Shown: piece by piece, positions 30,905 to 41,896 of the stretch | Position numbering within the stretch: position 1 is the first letter of the stretch | Layout: each line of letters starts with the position of its first letter | Origin: Thermoanaerobaculia bacterium | Lineage (GTDB): Bacteria; Acidobacteriota; Thermoanaerobaculia; Multivoradales; UBA5704 | NCBI GenBank assembly: GCA_044226625.1 | Contig: JBGAGQ010000002.1 | Location: forward strand, 96,001 to 160,000 | DNA length: 64,000 bases | Reading direction: 5' to 3' | Notes under the pieces: generated by a model | Databases searched by the model: none | The model's input: the letters and a program-made list of their open reading frames with translations, nothing else | Told to the model about the DNA's origin: nothing | Position numbers and translations under genes: made by a program

Positions 30905-31330
30905 AGAATCTCCTGGCCGCACCTCAAATCTCCTGGCCGCGCGTCCTATCGGCTGGCCGTACTCCAGATTTGCTGGCTGCGCTGGAGAATTCGCTGGCGG
31001 CGGTCAGAAACTTGCTGGCGGTGCTTGAAGTCGGCCATTCCGGCTTGAAATAGCCGGGCAGCACTCCAAGAATGGCTGGCGGGACTCCGAATCTCCTGGC
31101 CGCAGGATCGCCCGGCGATTTGGGCTCCAGCCAGCCGATTTCCAGCTCCACCAGCATCTTTGGAGTGCGACCCGGAGATTCAGAGCTCGACCGGCGAACC
31201 GGAGCACGCGGCCGGGAGATTCCGGCGCCGGGCAGGAGATTCGGCGTCGGACCGGCGATCTCGGGCGCGTCGCCGTTCGCCGCCGATCGACTCCCAGCAG
31301 ATCGGCCTGATCTCGGGACAGTGCGCTACC
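30905..31330. repeat. Degenerate ~20-bp periodic repeat array with direct then inverted units
   Basis: AATCTCCTGGCCGC exact at 30907, 30927 and 31090; CTGG cores at 30913/33/53/73/94, 31015, 31076, 31096; inverted 13/14 copy at 31208-31221. Confidence 0.75.
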
Positions 31331-31345
31331 CGGCCGAGCCCTCCG

Positions 31346-31783
31346 CTACTTTCGGCTGATCGTGAATTTTCCGAAGCTCACGCCGAGCTCGACGCCGGTG
31401 CCGTTGCCGGCGAGGGCGAGCGAGACCTCCCCCTTGGTCACGATCTGGGACTCGGCCGACTTGCCGGCTCCCGCGGCGGCGCCGCCGGAGACGTAGGTTC
31501 CGAATAGCTCGGAGATGTCGGCGACCTCGGAGAATTTGCCGAAACCGTCGCGGACCTTGGAGCGGCCGGCGGTCAGGCCGCCTCCCTTGCCCTCCAACCG
31601 CACGTTCGCCGACTGGCCGTTGCCGCAGGTGATCGTGCCGCTTCCACGGCTCGCCTTGTAAAAGATCGACCAGCTGGTCAGGTTGAACTTCATGGTGCAA
31701 TCGGTCGCCGCCTGAGCTGCCGGAGCGAACAGGCAGGCGAGGAAGGCTGCGAGGGCGAGGGGGGTGAGGACGGTGCGTTTCAT
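31346..31783 (-). CDS. Small secreted beta-rich protein (DUF1134/EipA-like)
   Basis: GAGGAG SD, signal peptide, Cys pair, GSGTITC..GGGLTAG..LFGTY motifs. Confidence 0.7.
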   Translation of the reverse strand: MKRTVLTPLALAAFLACLFAPAAQAATDCTMKFNLTSWSIFYKASRGSGTITCGNGQSANVRLEGKGGGLTAGRSKVRDGFGKFSEVADISELFGTYVSGGAAAGAGKSAESQIVTKGEVSLALAGNGTGVELGVSFGKFTISRK

Positions 31784-31964
31784 TCCGAATGTCTCCTCGA
31801 AAGTTCCGATCTTGGGTGCCATGTGCGACCTTAGGGTGGCAAGACGTTCCGGCGAGTGTGGCCGGAACGCGGCGTGCCGACCCTTACTGCAAACCGCTAC
31901 TGCAAACCGCGGGCCCCGGCGGTTTCGCTCGATCCGTTAGGCCGCTCTCCGGAGCCTCGCCTTC

Positions 31965-34394
31965 TCACAGCCGCAGCGCGTCGCACGGATCGACTGCGGC
32001 GGCTCGGTTCGCCGGCTCGAGGCTTGCCAACGAGGCGACAGCGGCCAGGGCGAAAACCACCGACGGGATCGCTGCGGCCGAGACCGGAACCGCTCCTGGC
32101 AGCAATCCGACGAGCGCGCGCCAGGCGAGCCAGACTCCAGGGGCGCCGCTAAGGAGGCCGAGCGCGGTCAAGGCGAGGCCGCGTCGTGCCACGAGAGTGA
32201 CGACCTTCCGGCGATCGGCGCCGAGCGCCATCCGGATGCCCAGCTCGCGAGTGCGCCGGACCACCGAATAGGACATCATGCCGTATACCCCGACCGCCGC
32301 GAGGAGCAGCGCCACCAACGAGAATCCCCCCATCAGCGCCACGATCACGCTTTCTCCCTCGAATTGTCGATCGACATGCGATCGAAACGATTGGAGGTCG
32401 GCGACGACGAGGTCTCCATCGATCTGGCGGATCGCTTCCCGGACCGCCGGACCCAGGGCCGCGGGATCGCCTTCGGTTCGAAGGAGGAAGTGAACCCGGG
32501 CCGAAGGGACCTGGGCGAGAGGTAGGTAGGCGAGCGGCGGTGGGCCACCGCGATCGAGGAGGCGCCCCTGCTGAACGTCGGCGGCGATACCCACCACACG
32601 AACTGGGTGCCCGGCGATCCGGATGCGACGTTCCGGCACGTCGGTGAGAGGAAGTGAAGCGAACAGCCGGTGCGAGGCCTCGCGGCTGAGCACGGCGGCG
32701 GGTTCGGATCCTTGCCGATCTTCGAGGGAGAGATCGCGCCCGGCGAGAAGCGGCACCCCGAGGCTCGCGAAGTAGCCCGGCGGAATCGAGACCACGTTGA
32801 CGGTCATTCGGTCGCCTTCCTTTTCGCGGGTGGCTCGTCCCCTCTCGCCGCCGATGGCGACGGGCATCTCGTTTCCCTCGCGGCTTCGCGGCAGGATCGA
32901 CGTCGCCGTCGCCCCCTGGACGCCGGGAATCGAGCGAAGGGTGGCGAGCGTCTTTTCGAGCAGCCTCGCCGACTCGCCCGGCGCGCCGTAGCGGGCGGCC
33001 GGAGGGGTGAGGCGGAACGTCAGGAGGCGGTCGGGTTCGAATCCCGGCGAGAGGGTCCGCAGGTCGATCATCCCCTTGAGCAGCAGCGCTGTGCCGGAGA
33101 GCATCGTGAGGGCGAAGGCGAGCTCGCAAACCACCAGGCCGTGGGCGATCCAGCGCCTTTTCCGCTCATGAGTCGCCGAACGAGATCCGGCCGCGAGCCA
33201 CGAGGCGAGGTTGGGATTCGTCGCGGCGAGAGCCGGAACGAGGCCGAACAGGAGGCCAGCTCCGAGCGAAGCGGCCACACCGAAAAGGACGACCCTCCCG
33301 CTTGCCGCCGGGGCGAATCGCGCGGGAAGTTGGTCGGCGAGCAGACGGGTGAGGCAATCGATCGCGCCGCGGGCGATCAACAGCCCCAGGAATCCTCCAG
33401 CCAATGCGAGAAGCATGCTTTCGGTGAGGAGTTGGCGCGCTACCCTCCAGCGCCCTGCACCGAGCGCGGTGCGCACGGCGAGCTCACCTCGACGGTCTTC
33501 CCCCCGGGCGAGGAGCACGTTCGCCACGTTGGCGCACGCGATCAGGAGGACGAGCAGCATGGCCGACTGGAGCAGGGCGTAGAGCCGGCGGTCGCTCTTG
33601 GCGGGAATCTGCTCGCGCAGCGTTTTGGCCTGGGCGGTGTAACCGCGATCCGCTTCCGGGTGCTCCCGTGCGAGAGAGGAAGTGATCGCGCTGAGCTCGA
33701 GGCGCGCGCTCTCGATCGAGACTCCGGGGGCGAGCCGGGCCATCGCGATCAGGTCGCGCCGGTCGCGCGCGGCCTCTTCGCGGTCGAGAACGAGCGGCAC
33801 CCACACCTGGACGTGTGGCTGGAGGAACTCGAAGCTCTCGGGCAGCACGCCGACGACGGCATGCGGCCGACCGTCGAGCCGAATCGTCGATCCGAGGATC
33901 TTCGGGTCACCGCCGAAACGGCGGCGCCAGAGCTCGTGGGAAAGGACGGCGACCGGCGAGTGGCCGGTGACACCGTCGGCCGTCTCGAACGGCCGCCCCC
34001 GCTCCATCGTCACTCCGAGAAGCGGCAGGAGTCCCGGAGTCGCGACGATCGTCGCCAACTCTTCCGGCGCGTAGCCGCCCGCGAGCGTGAGCGTTCCCGG
34101 TCGAAACGCCTCCAGAGCTGAGAAGCTCCGGCTGCGTGCCCGCCAATCGAGGAAGTTGGCGGGTGAAACGAGCGATTCGTCGTCCGGAACGTCGCGTCGA
34201 CTTTCCAGGAGGACGGCCAAGCGATCGACGTCCGGGTAGGGGAGAGGGCGGAACAGCGCGGCTTCGATCAGGCTGAAGACGGTCGTATTGCCGGCGATCG
34301 CCAGCCCGACCGACAGCAACATCACCGCCGTCGTGCCGCGGTATTGACCCAGCATCCGGACTGCATGACGGAGATCGGTCGCAAGCGTGCCCAT
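31965..34394 (-). CDS. ADOP-type duplicated ABC permease (MacB-like)
   Basis: [60 protein letters not shown]. Confidence 0.92.
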   Translation of the reverse strand: MGTLATDLRHAVRMLGQYRGTTAVMLLSVGLAIAGNTTVFSLIEAALFRPLPYPDVDRLAVLLESRRDVPDDESLVSPANFLDWRARSRSFSALEAFRPGTLTLAGGYAPEELATIVATPGLLPLLGVTMERGRPFETADGVTGHSPVAVLSHELWRRRFGGDPKILGSTIRLDGRPHAVVGVLPESFEFLQPHVQVWVPLVLDREEAARDRRDLIAMARLAPGVSIESARLELSAITSSLAREHPEADRGYTAQAKTLREQIPAKSDRRLYALLQSAMLLVLLIACANVANVLLARGEDRRGELAVRTALGAGRWRVARQLLTESMLLALAGGFLGLLIARGAIDCLTRLLADQLPARFAPAASGRVVLFGVAASLGAGLLFGLVPALAATNPNLASWLAAGSRSATHERKRRWIAHGLVVCELAFALTMLSGTALLLKGMIDLRTLSPGFEPDRLLTFRLTPPAARYGAPGESARLLEKTLATLRSIPGVQGATATSILPRSREGNEMPVAIGGERGRATREKEGDRMTVNVVSIPPGYFASLGVPLLAGRDLSLEDRQGSEPAAVLSREASHRLFASLPLTDVPERRIRIAGHPVRVVGIAADVQQGRLLDRGGPPPLAYLPLAQVPSARVHFLLRTEGDPAALGPAVREAIRQIDGDLVVADLQSFRSHVDRQFEGESVIVALMGGFSLVALLLAAVGVYGMMSYSVVRRTRELGIRMALGADRRKVVTLVARRGLALTALGLLSGAPGVWLAWRALVGLLPGAVPVSAAAIPSVVFALAAVASLASLEPANRAAAVDPCDALRL

Positions 34395-34523
34395 GGCGGC
34401 CCTCCGGGTCCTGGCATTCGGAGAAGGGTACGGTATGCGGGCGGTGAAGTTTCCGATGCGATAGATTCCGTCGGAATCCTCGCATTACGGTATTCCCCTA
34501 CCAACCATCCGCCTGGAGGGAGC

Positions 34524-36197
34524 ATGGCGTCGGACATCGAAATCGCACAGCAGGCCCGGCTCACGCGCGTCTCGACCATCGCCCAGGAGCGTCTCGGCAT
34601 CGCCGAGGAGCACCTGGAGCCGTACGGCCATTACAAGGCGAAGATCTCGCTCGAATATCTCGCCGGCTTGAGCGACCGGCCGGACGGCAAGTTGATCCTG
34701 GTGACGGCGATGACGCCGACTCCCGCGGGCGAGGGCAAGACGACTACCTCCGTGGGCCTCGGCGACGCGCTCAACAAGATCGGCAAGAAAGCGTTGATCT
34801 GCCTGCGCGAGCCGAGCCTGGGACCGGTGTTCGGAATGAAGGGCGGAGCGGCGGGGGGCGGCTACGCTCAGGTCGTGCCCATGGAGGACATCAACCTCCA
34901 CTTCACCGGCGACTTCAACGCCATCGGCCTTGCCAACAACCTCCTCGCCGCGATGGTCGACAACCACATCCACCACGGCAACGAGCTGGGCATCGACGTC
35001 CGGCGCGTCACCTGGAAGCGCGTGGTCGACATGAACGACCGGGCGCTGCGCGAGATCGTCGTCTCGCTGGGCGGTTTCGGCAACGGCTATCCGCGCCAGG
35101 ACGGCTTCGACATCGTGGTCGCTTCCGAGGTGATGGCGATCTTCTGCCTCTCGACCTCGCTCGCCGATCTGAAGGAGCGCCTGGGCAACATCGTCGTCGG
35201 CTACACCCGCGACCGGAAACCGGTGCGCGCCCGCGACCTCAAAGCTCACGGGGCGATGACCGTCCTCTTGAAGGACGCTCTCCAACCGAACCTCGTGCAG
35301 ACGCTCGAAAACAACCCGGCGATCCTGCACGGCGGGCCGTTCGCCAACATCGCCCACGGCTGCAACTCGGTGATCGCGACCAAGGCGGCGCTGAAGCTCG
35401 CCGATTACGTGGTGACCGAGGCGGGCTTCGGCGCGGACCTGGGAGCGGAGAAGTTCGTCGACATCAAGTGCCGCAAATCGGGGCTCCGCCCGTCGGCCGC
35501 GGTGGTCGTCGCGACGATCCGCGCGCTCAAGTACCACGGTGGCGCCGACTTGAAGACGCTCACCACGGAGAACCTCGACGCGCTCGAAAAGGGGCTGGTC
35601 AACCTCGAGCGCCACGTCGAGAACGTCCAGAACGGTTACGGCTTGCCGGTCGCCGTGGCGATCAACCGCTTCTCCTCCGATACCGACGCCGAGATCGCGC
35701 TCGTCGAGGCGAAGATGGCGAAGCTCGGCGTCAAGGTCGCCCTCGCGACCCACTGGGCGAACGGCGGCGCCGGAGCCACGGACCTCGCGCATCTCGTCGT
35801 CGAGCTGTGCGAACGGCCGTCGACGTTCCGATTCGTCTACGAGGACTCCGACACCCTCTGGGAAAAGCTCGAAAAGATCGCCAAGACCATCTACCGCGCC
35901 GACGGTGTCACGGCCGACTCCAAGGCGAAGACCCAACTCGATCGCCTCCAGGCGGACGGCTACGGCCACTATCCGGTCTGCGTCGCGAAGACCCAATACT
36001 CCTTCTCGACCGACGCCTCGCGCCGCGCGGCGCCCAGCGGATACGAGCTCGACGTCCGGGAGGTCCGCCTCGCGGCCGGCGCCGAGTTCGTGGTGGCGGT
36101 CTGCGGCGAAATCATGACCATGCCCGGGCTCCCGAAGGTCCCCTCCGCCCAGGCGATCGACCTTGACGAGAACGGCAAGGTGGTCGGGTTGTTCTAG
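34524..36197 (+). CDS. fhs: Formate--tetrahydrofolate ligase
   Basis: [63 protein letters not shown]. Confidence 0.98.
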   Translation: MASDIEIAQQARLTRVSTIAQERLGIAEEHLEPYGHYKAKISLEYLAGLSDRPDGKLILVTAMTPTPAGEGKTTTSVGLGDALNKIGKKALICLREPSLGPVFGMKGGAAGGGYAQVVPMEDINLHFTGDFNAIGLANNLLAAMVDNHIHHGNELGIDVRRVTWKRVVDMNDRALREIVVSLGGFGNGYPRQDGFDIVVASEVMAIFCLSTSLADLKERLGNIVVGYTRDRKPVRARDLKAHGAMTVLLKDALQPNLVQTLENNPAILHGGPFANIAHGCNSVIATKAALKLADYVVTEAGFGADLGAEKFVDIKCRKSGLRPSAAVVVATIRALKYHGGADLKTLTTENLDALEKGLVNLERHVENVQNGYGLPVAVAINRFSSDTDAEIALVEAKMAKLGVKVALATHWANGGAGATDLAHLVVELCERPSTFRFVYEDSDTLWEKLEKIAKTIYRADGVTADSKAKTQLDRLQADGYGHYPVCVAKTQYSFSTDASRRAAPSGYELDVREVRLAAGAEFVVAVCGEIMTMPGLPKVPSAQAIDLDENGKVVGLF

Positions 36198-36328
36198 GAG
36201 GGGCCAGGTCCGACCTCGCGGGCTTCCTTTCGGCGGCTCGTGAGGCGCGATAGCCGAATGCTGCAGCACCCACCGGGGCTTTGCTATCTTTCTCGGATGC
36301 GGCCCCACGTGCCCAAGGGAAGTGTGCT

Positions 36329-36667
36329 TTGACGGTCAACGTCTCGGATTCCATGTTGGCGCAAATGGCTCAGGTCATCGTGGATGAATGCGAGCCGGAG
36401 AGGATCATCCTCTTCGGTTCGCACGCTCGCGGCGACGCCCGGCCCGATTCGGACGTCGACCTTCTGGTTATCGAGAGGGAGGGATTCAGCAAGGAGCGAA
36501 GCCGGCGCCGCGAAGCGGCGCTTCTCTGGCGCGCTCTCGCACGGTTTCCCGTACCGAAGGACATCCTGGTCTATAGCGCCGAAGAGGCTGCCCAGTGGAA
36601 GAGCCTTCCTGGTCACCTCTTGGCTCAAGCGCTCAGCGAAGGTCGCGTTCTGTATGAGCGAGTATGA
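36329..36667 (+). CDS. Minimal nucleotidyltransferase (MNT) antitoxin-like protein
   Basis: ILFGSHARGDARPDSDVDLLVI; TTG start after AAGGGA. Confidence 0.88.
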   Translation: MTVNVSDSMLAQMAQVIVDECEPERIILFGSHARGDARPDSDVDLLVIEREGFSKERSRRREAALLWRALARFPVPKDILVYSAEEAAQWKSLPGHLLAQALSEGRVLYERV

Positions 36668-37097
36668 TCTTCCCTCGAAGCTGATCGAACTGGCGCGGCG
36701 GGACCTCCGCGCCGCCGAAATACTTCGCGATCAGCCGGAAGTTGGAGACGGGATCGTCGGCTTCCATGCTCAGCAGGCCGCCGAGAAGGCGCTCAAAGCC
36801 TGGCTGACGATCCTCGGCATCGATTTTCCGAGGACGCATGATCTCAGCCTTCTGATCCAAAAGTTATCCGGGGCCGGCGTCGAGGTGCTGGCCCTCTGGG
36901 ATCTTCTCGATCTCAATCCTTTTGCGGTCCAACTTCGGTACGAGATTCTCGAAGGCGAGTCGTTCGATCACGCCTCGAGCCTCGAACAGGTGGCGGCACT
37001 TCTCGACGGCGTCGAGATGCTGTTAGCTGCCCCGGGCGCTGGACCTGAAACCCCCGGAGAACCCGAAAAGCCAGAAGGAAGCGGAACTGGCGCCTGA
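36654..37097 (+). CDS. HEPN domain protein (MNT-HEPN pair)
   Basis: ARRDLRAA, FHAQQAAEKALKA, PRTHDL, LRYE; overlaps the MNT gene. Confidence 0.88.
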   Translation: MSEYDLPSKLIELARRDLRAAEILRDQPEVGDGIVGFHAQQAAEKALKAWLTILGIDFPRTHDLSLLIQKLSGAGVEVLALWDLLDLNPFAVQLRYEILEGESFDHASSLEQVAALLDGVEMLLAAPGAGPETPGEPEKPEGSGTGA

Positions 37098-37160
37098 CGG
37101 CGGCAACCAGGTTCATCGAGCGGTCAGCACCCGGCCCGACCTATCAGACGCCTGCCCGCG

Positions 37161-39158
37161 CTACTCCTCGCTCAAATCCAGCCGGTACACCCCCAAAGCT
37201 GTTGCGGAATAGAGATGATTGGGGTTCTGCGGGTCTAGCGCGAGATTCCCCCGAGCCCCGAGCGGCAATCCCATGTTTAGGGGCATCCAGCGCTGGGCTG
37301 CCGCGTTCCAAATGAAGACGCCTCGCCCGTCGACTCCGGCATAGAGCTTCGTCGGGTCCTCGGGATCGACGACGATCGCCCCGATCGCGGCGGTTTCGAG
37401 ACCTCGGTTCATCGGCCGGAAAGTCCGTCCGGAGTCGCCACTCGTGAAGACCCCGCGATTCCGGGTCCCGACGTAGAGCTTCGCCGGATCGGCCGGATCG
37501 CGTGTCATCACCGGGAGCGATTCATCGTCGGGGCATAGCGAGTCGGGGAGGCCGCGTCCTTCGCTCAGCCAATGCTCGCCCCCGTCGGTGCTCTTCCGGA
37601 GGCCGTCGCAGGTGATGCCGAGAAGCGTGCCGGCGCGTCGAGGATCGGCCAGCACCGCACCCAGCCGGTGGAGCGGCGCGAGCGTGTCGTAGGTGGCGAA
37701 TCCGTCGTCGCTCTTCAGGAGGAAGTCCCCCATCCCGCTAAGATGGAAGAAGTAGTGCCCTGCGACGTAGACCGCGTCCGGGTTGCGCGGATCCAGGCCG
37801 ACCACGTGCATGTCGACGTCGCAGATCGAGCTGCCGCCATTGCAGTTGAACGGTACCGGAAGGATCGACCAGTCCCGTCCACCGTTCGTGCTGCGGGTCA
37901 GGAACGTCGCGACGCCGTCGAAGCCTGTGGCGTAGAGCGTGGTCGGCGACTCGGGAGGGATCGCCTCGAGGTGGGCTGGGGCTTCGCCGGGTCGCTCGAG
38001 AGCTCGTAGCGTCCAGCTTTGCCCGGAGTCGAGGCTTCGGAACACCGCCCTGTCGGTCGTCGCGTAGATCGCGGAAGGCCCCGTCGGAGCGGCTGCGATC
38101 GAGGCGATCCCCTGCGCGAAGATCCCCTGGTTCGACGCGGTCCAGGCCGCCCCGGCATTCGGAGAGAACCAAAAGCCGGTCGCGCCGGCCGCGAGCACCT
38201 TCTCGGGAACCCGAGACGGCGCGAGCTGCGTCAGCGTATCGCGCGGCTGGGAGGGAACGGTCGGGGCCGTCGGCAGCGGGGGCTGCCAGGAGAGCCCGCC
38301 GTCGAGGCTCCTCGAAGTGCCGAACGGGCCGGCGCCGACCAGCTTCCCCCCGGTCGTCGCGACCAGGTCGACGAGACCGAGGTTCGGCGCGAACGAGGTC
38401 CAGGTGGCGCCGGCATCGCTCGTGCGGAAGATCGGGTCGAGACGCTCGCCGGCCGTGAAGGCTACGTAGAGCGTTCCCGGATGGTCGGGATCGAAGACGA
38501 TCCGCGGGAGCTTGCCTTCGAAGGAGGTTGGCGTGACCTGCAGTCCCGTGTCGGACCAGTTTTGCCCCTCATCGAGACTTTTCCAGACGGTCCAAGACGA
38601 CGGTTCTCCCGGCTTGTAGACGATCGCATAGAGCGTCGACGGCGCGTGCGGATCGATCCCGACGGCGGCCACGAGGCGGCCGGAAAACGCCAAGGGGACG
38701 AAGCTGTCGGCGTGGTCCAACGAGAGGAAGAGCCCTTGTGCGTTTCCGGCGTAGACGACGCCGAAGCGCGCGGGATCGAGCGCCAGGGAGGCGGTGGCCC
38801 CGAGGTCCTTCCAGGTATGGCCGCCGTTGGTCGAACGAAACAGCCTTTGCGAACCCCGCGCGTAGACCCTGAAAAAGTTCTGGGGCGAGACGTAGAGCGC
38901 GTCGACTCCGAGCGGCAGGAGGGCACGACGCAGCCACGTGCTGCCGTTGCTCATGCTGCGGTAGACCCGGCCGTTCTGGGCTACGGCATAGAGCACATTG
39001 GGAGCCGACGGCGCCTCGGCGACGGCGGCCAGCGGTCCACCGGGCGGTGTGGCTCGCTGCCAAACGGGCGCGGCGTGAGCGGAGGGGTTCGAGGAGAAGG
39101 AGACGGCCAGCGCGAAGGCCGCGGCGCAGGCAAGAGATCGGATGGGTCGTTGGGGCAT
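37161..39158 (-). CDS. Secreted BNR/Asp-box beta-propeller (YCF48/sortilin-like) protein
   Basis: GGAGG SD, signal peptide, many SxDGGxxW Asp-box repeats. Confidence 0.88.
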   Translation of the reverse strand: MPQRPIRSLACAAAFALAVSFSSNPSAHAAPVWQRATPPGGPLAAVAEAPSAPNVLYAVAQNGRVYRSMSNGSTWLRRALLPLGVDALYVSPQNFFRVYARGSQRLFRSTNGGHTWKDLGATASLALDPARFGVVYAGNAQGLFLSLDHADSFVPLAFSGRLVAAVGIDPHAPSTLYAIVYKPGEPSSWTVWKSLDEGQNWSDTGLQVTPTSFEGKLPRIVFDPDHPGTLYVAFTAGERLDPIFRTSDAGATWTSFAPNLGLVDLVATTGGKLVGAGPFGTSRSLDGGLSWQPPLPTAPTVPSQPRDTLTQLAPSRVPEKVLAAGATGFWFSPNAGAAWTASNQGIFAQGIASIAAAPTGPSAIYATTDRAVFRSLDSGQSWTLRALERPGEAPAHLEAIPPESPTTLYATGFDGVATFLTRSTNGGRDWSILPVPFNCNGGSSICDVDMHVVGLDPRNPDAVYVAGHYFFHLSGMGDFLLKSDDGFATYDTLAPLHRLGAVLADPRRAGTLLGITCDGLRKSTDGGEHWLSEGRGLPDSLCPDDESLPVMTRDPADPAKLYVGTRNRGVFTSGDSGRTFRPMNRGLETAAIGAIVVDPEDPTKLYAGVDGRGVFIWNAAAQRWMPLNMGLPLGARGNLALDPQNPNHLYSATALGVYRLDLSEE

Positions 39159-39205
39159 GACGGAGCCTCCTGTTTCGGAAAGGCGACGACCGAGGCGAAA
39201 ACCGC

Positions 39206-40666
39206 TCATGCCTCCCTTCCGGCGACGAGGTGATTGAACAGACGTACGTAACCGGCCCCCACCGCGTCCCAGGAGAAGTTCTGGGACATGCCGTTGCGGA
39301 TCAAGAGGTCCCAGGCCGGCCGGTTGTGGAAGAGATCGAGCGCCTGACCGAGCGCCCAGGCGAAACCCTCCGGGGTGAAATGCTCGAAGACGAACCCGTC
39401 ACCCCCGCCCGACGGATCGGAGAACGGGATCACCGTGTCGGCGAGCCCTCCCGTCTTGTGCACGATCGGCGGCGTGCCGTATCGCAGGCTGTACATTTGG
39501 TTCAGCCCGCAGGGCTCGAACTTCGAGGGCATCAGGAAAATGTCGGCGGCGGATTCGATCCGGTGGGCGAGCGGATTGTTGAAGCCACGGTAGAACCAGA
39601 CCTTGCCCGGGAACCGCTCTGCGAGCGCGGAGAAGAACTCTTCGTAACGCGGCTCGCCGCTGCCGAGGGCGACCAGCCGGACTTCGGCGTGGGCGAGGAA
39701 GACGGGCAGGGTCGAAAAGAGGAGATCGAAGCCCTTCTGAGGTGTCAGGCGGGAGACGACGCCGAGGAGCGGCACGTCGAGCCGCGACCCGTCGGGATCG
39801 AGGCCCGTGTCGCGGAGGAGCGCCCGCTTGTTCGCTTCTTTTCCGGCCATGTCCTCGAGCGAGAAATGCGCCGGCAGGTGCGGATCGCTCGCCGGATCCC
39901 ATTCCCCGTAATCGACGCCGTTGACCAGCCCGATCACGCCGCGGGCGCGGAGCCAGGGCTCGAGGCCGTAGCCGAGGTTCTCCTGGATCTCCCGGGCATA
40001 GGTGGGGGAGACCGCGGTCACTGCGTCGGCGTGGAGAATGCCTTGTTTCAGATGGTTCACGTGCCCCGAGAGGAGGTCGTCCTGGTGGAACAGGTAGGCC
40101 CACCGGCCGAGGCCGAGGTCCTCGACCAGACGCCGGTCGACCATCCCCTGATAGCCCGCGTTGTGGATGGTGAGGACCGTCTTGGTCCGAGCGAACAGGC
40201 GGTCCCAGGCGAAATGGCTCTTCAAGAAGATCGGCGCGAGCGAGGTGTGCCAGTCGTGGACGTGGACGAGATCGGGTCCCCATCCCATCCGTTGGCAGGC
40301 TTCGAACGCGGCAAGCGTGAGCACGGCGAAGCGGCGCGCGTCGGCCCAGTCGCCTTGATAGATCCCCTCGGCGCCGAACAGGTCGGGGCAATCGACGAAA
40401 TAGACGTCGACCTCGCTGCCTGGGAGCTTCGCGGTCCGTAGGCCGTAGGTGAAGCGAAGCTCGCCGAGCTGGAGAGGCACGTTCTGGATGAAATCGACGA
40501 GCGGAAATTTCTCGGGAGTCCGCGCGAGACTCGCGTAGTAGGGGACGAAAATCCGAACGTCCGCTCCCTCTCGGGCGAGGAACGCGGAGAGGCCGGAGAC
40601 GACGTCGCCCAGGCCCCCGGTCTTCGCGAACGGCGAGAGCTCGGCCGCGATCTGACAGACCTTCAT
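39206..40666 (-). CDS. glgA: Glycogen synthase
   Basis: PFAKTGGLGDV, HVHDWH, VSRLTPQKG, MPSKFEPCGLNQMYSLRYG. Confidence 0.96.
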   Translation of the reverse strand: MKVCQIAAELSPFAKTGGLGDVVSGLSAFLAREGADVRIFVPYYASLARTPEKFPLVDFIQNVPLQLGELRFTYGLRTAKLPGSEVDVYFVDCPDLFGAEGIYQGDWADARRFAVLTLAAFEACQRMGWGPDLVHVHDWHTSLAPIFLKSHFAWDRLFARTKTVLTIHNAGYQGMVDRRLVEDLGLGRWAYLFHQDDLLSGHVNHLKQGILHADAVTAVSPTYAREIQENLGYGLEPWLRARGVIGLVNGVDYGEWDPASDPHLPAHFSLEDMAGKEANKRALLRDTGLDPDGSRLDVPLLGVVSRLTPQKGFDLLFSTLPVFLAHAEVRLVALGSGEPRYEEFFSALAERFPGKVWFYRGFNNPLAHRIESAADIFLMPSKFEPCGLNQMYSLRYGTPPIVHKTGGLADTVIPFSDPSGGGDGFVFEHFTPEGFAWALGQALDLFHNRPAWDLLIRNGMSQNFSWDAVGAGYVRLFNHLVAGREA

Positions 40667-40668
40667 GC

Positions 40669-41806
40669 TCAAACGTAGGTCCCCGGCGGAATCACCGCGT
40701 TCTTCGGCACGACGATGATGCCGTCGCGAATCGTGTAGTTCGGGGTATCCAGGTTTTGGATCCCGGCCTCGTTCACCAGCTTGCTTCCCTCGCCGATCCG
40801 GGCGTTGAAATCGATGATCGCGTTCTTCACGTGGCAGTCGCGACCGATGCCGAGCGGAAGGTTCCCGCCGTCGGGCTCCGCTTCCCAGAAGTTCGCGCCC
40901 ATCATCACGACGCGTTCGACGACCGATCCCGCCCGGATCACCGAGCGGATGCCGACGATCGAGTCGCTCACCTGACTCCCTTCGAGAATGCTCCCCTCGC
41001 AAAGAACGGAGCAGTGGACGAAGCATTGGTTGATCTTCGTCCCGGTCGTAGGGGTAGGCGCAAACCTTGTAGTTCGAGAGCGCCTGGGGAATGACCTCGC
41101 GACCGAAGTCGATCGTGCCCGTCCCTTCGAGCAGCTCCTTGAGCACCTCGCGGCGGAACATGTAGATGCCCATGTTGGCGAGGTACGAGCCCTGCGGCGC
41201 GGGAAAGCCCAGCGCCCCCTGGGTGACCTCGTCGAGCGCGAGCCCGTCGAGCTGCGACTCCTCTTTGGGCTTCTCGTGGAAGGCGCGGATGCGCCCGGAG
41301 GCGTCGAGCTGGAGGATGCCGAATCCGGGCGCCTCGGCGCGCGTCACGGGCTTGACGGCGATCGTCAGGTCCGCTTCGCGCTCCCGGTGGATCGCCATCA
41401 GCTCGCGAATGTTCATCAGGTACAGTTGGTCGCCCGAAAGGATCAGAATGTCGGTCGGATTGCCCCCGAGAAGGTGGCCGAGGGTCTGGCGGATCGCGTC
41501 CGCCGTCCCTTGGAACCATTCGCGCCGGTCGAGCGTCTGCTCGGCGGCGAGGATGTTGACGAAACCCTGGCTGAACGAGGAGAAGCGGTAGGTCTGGTTG
41601 ATGTGGCGGTGGAGGCTCGCGCTGTTGAACTGGGTGAGGACGTAAATCTTGTCGATCCCGGCGTGGAGGCTGTTGCTGATCGGGATGTCGATCAGCCGAA
41701 ACTTGCCGCCCACGGGAACCGCGGGCTTCGCCCGATCGCGGGTGAGCGGCGACAACCGCGTGCCCTGACCGCCCCCCAGGATGGCCGAAACGATCTTCTC
41801 TTCCAT
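40669..41806 (-). pseudogene. glgC: Glucose-1-phosphate adenylyltransferase with an internal frameshifting deletion near 41044
   Basis: GGGQGTRL, RAKPAVP, WFQGTADA, DFGREVIP..AYPYD, then a jump to another frame GTKINQC..SIVGIRS..PPGTYV*; the YWxDIGT segment is absent. Confidence 0.88.
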
Positions 41807-41896
41807 CGCTGCCCCCTCGCCCTGCCGAGCCCTTGCCGTTTCCTCTTTATCCTAGCCCGAATTGCGCGACGGGTTTCGTCGGAGGAGAATGGCGGG

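Noticed and set aside
30905-31330. CRISPR array
   Set aside because: Period is about 20 bp, units are degenerate, there are no 30-40 bp unique spacers and no cas genes in the window
39206-41806. 866-aa GlgC-GlgA fusion as a genuine novel bifunctional enzyme
   Set aside because: The linker is the out-of-frame reading of the glgC 3' end; the proper GlgC C-terminus and stop (40669) and the glgA ATG (40666) are still present
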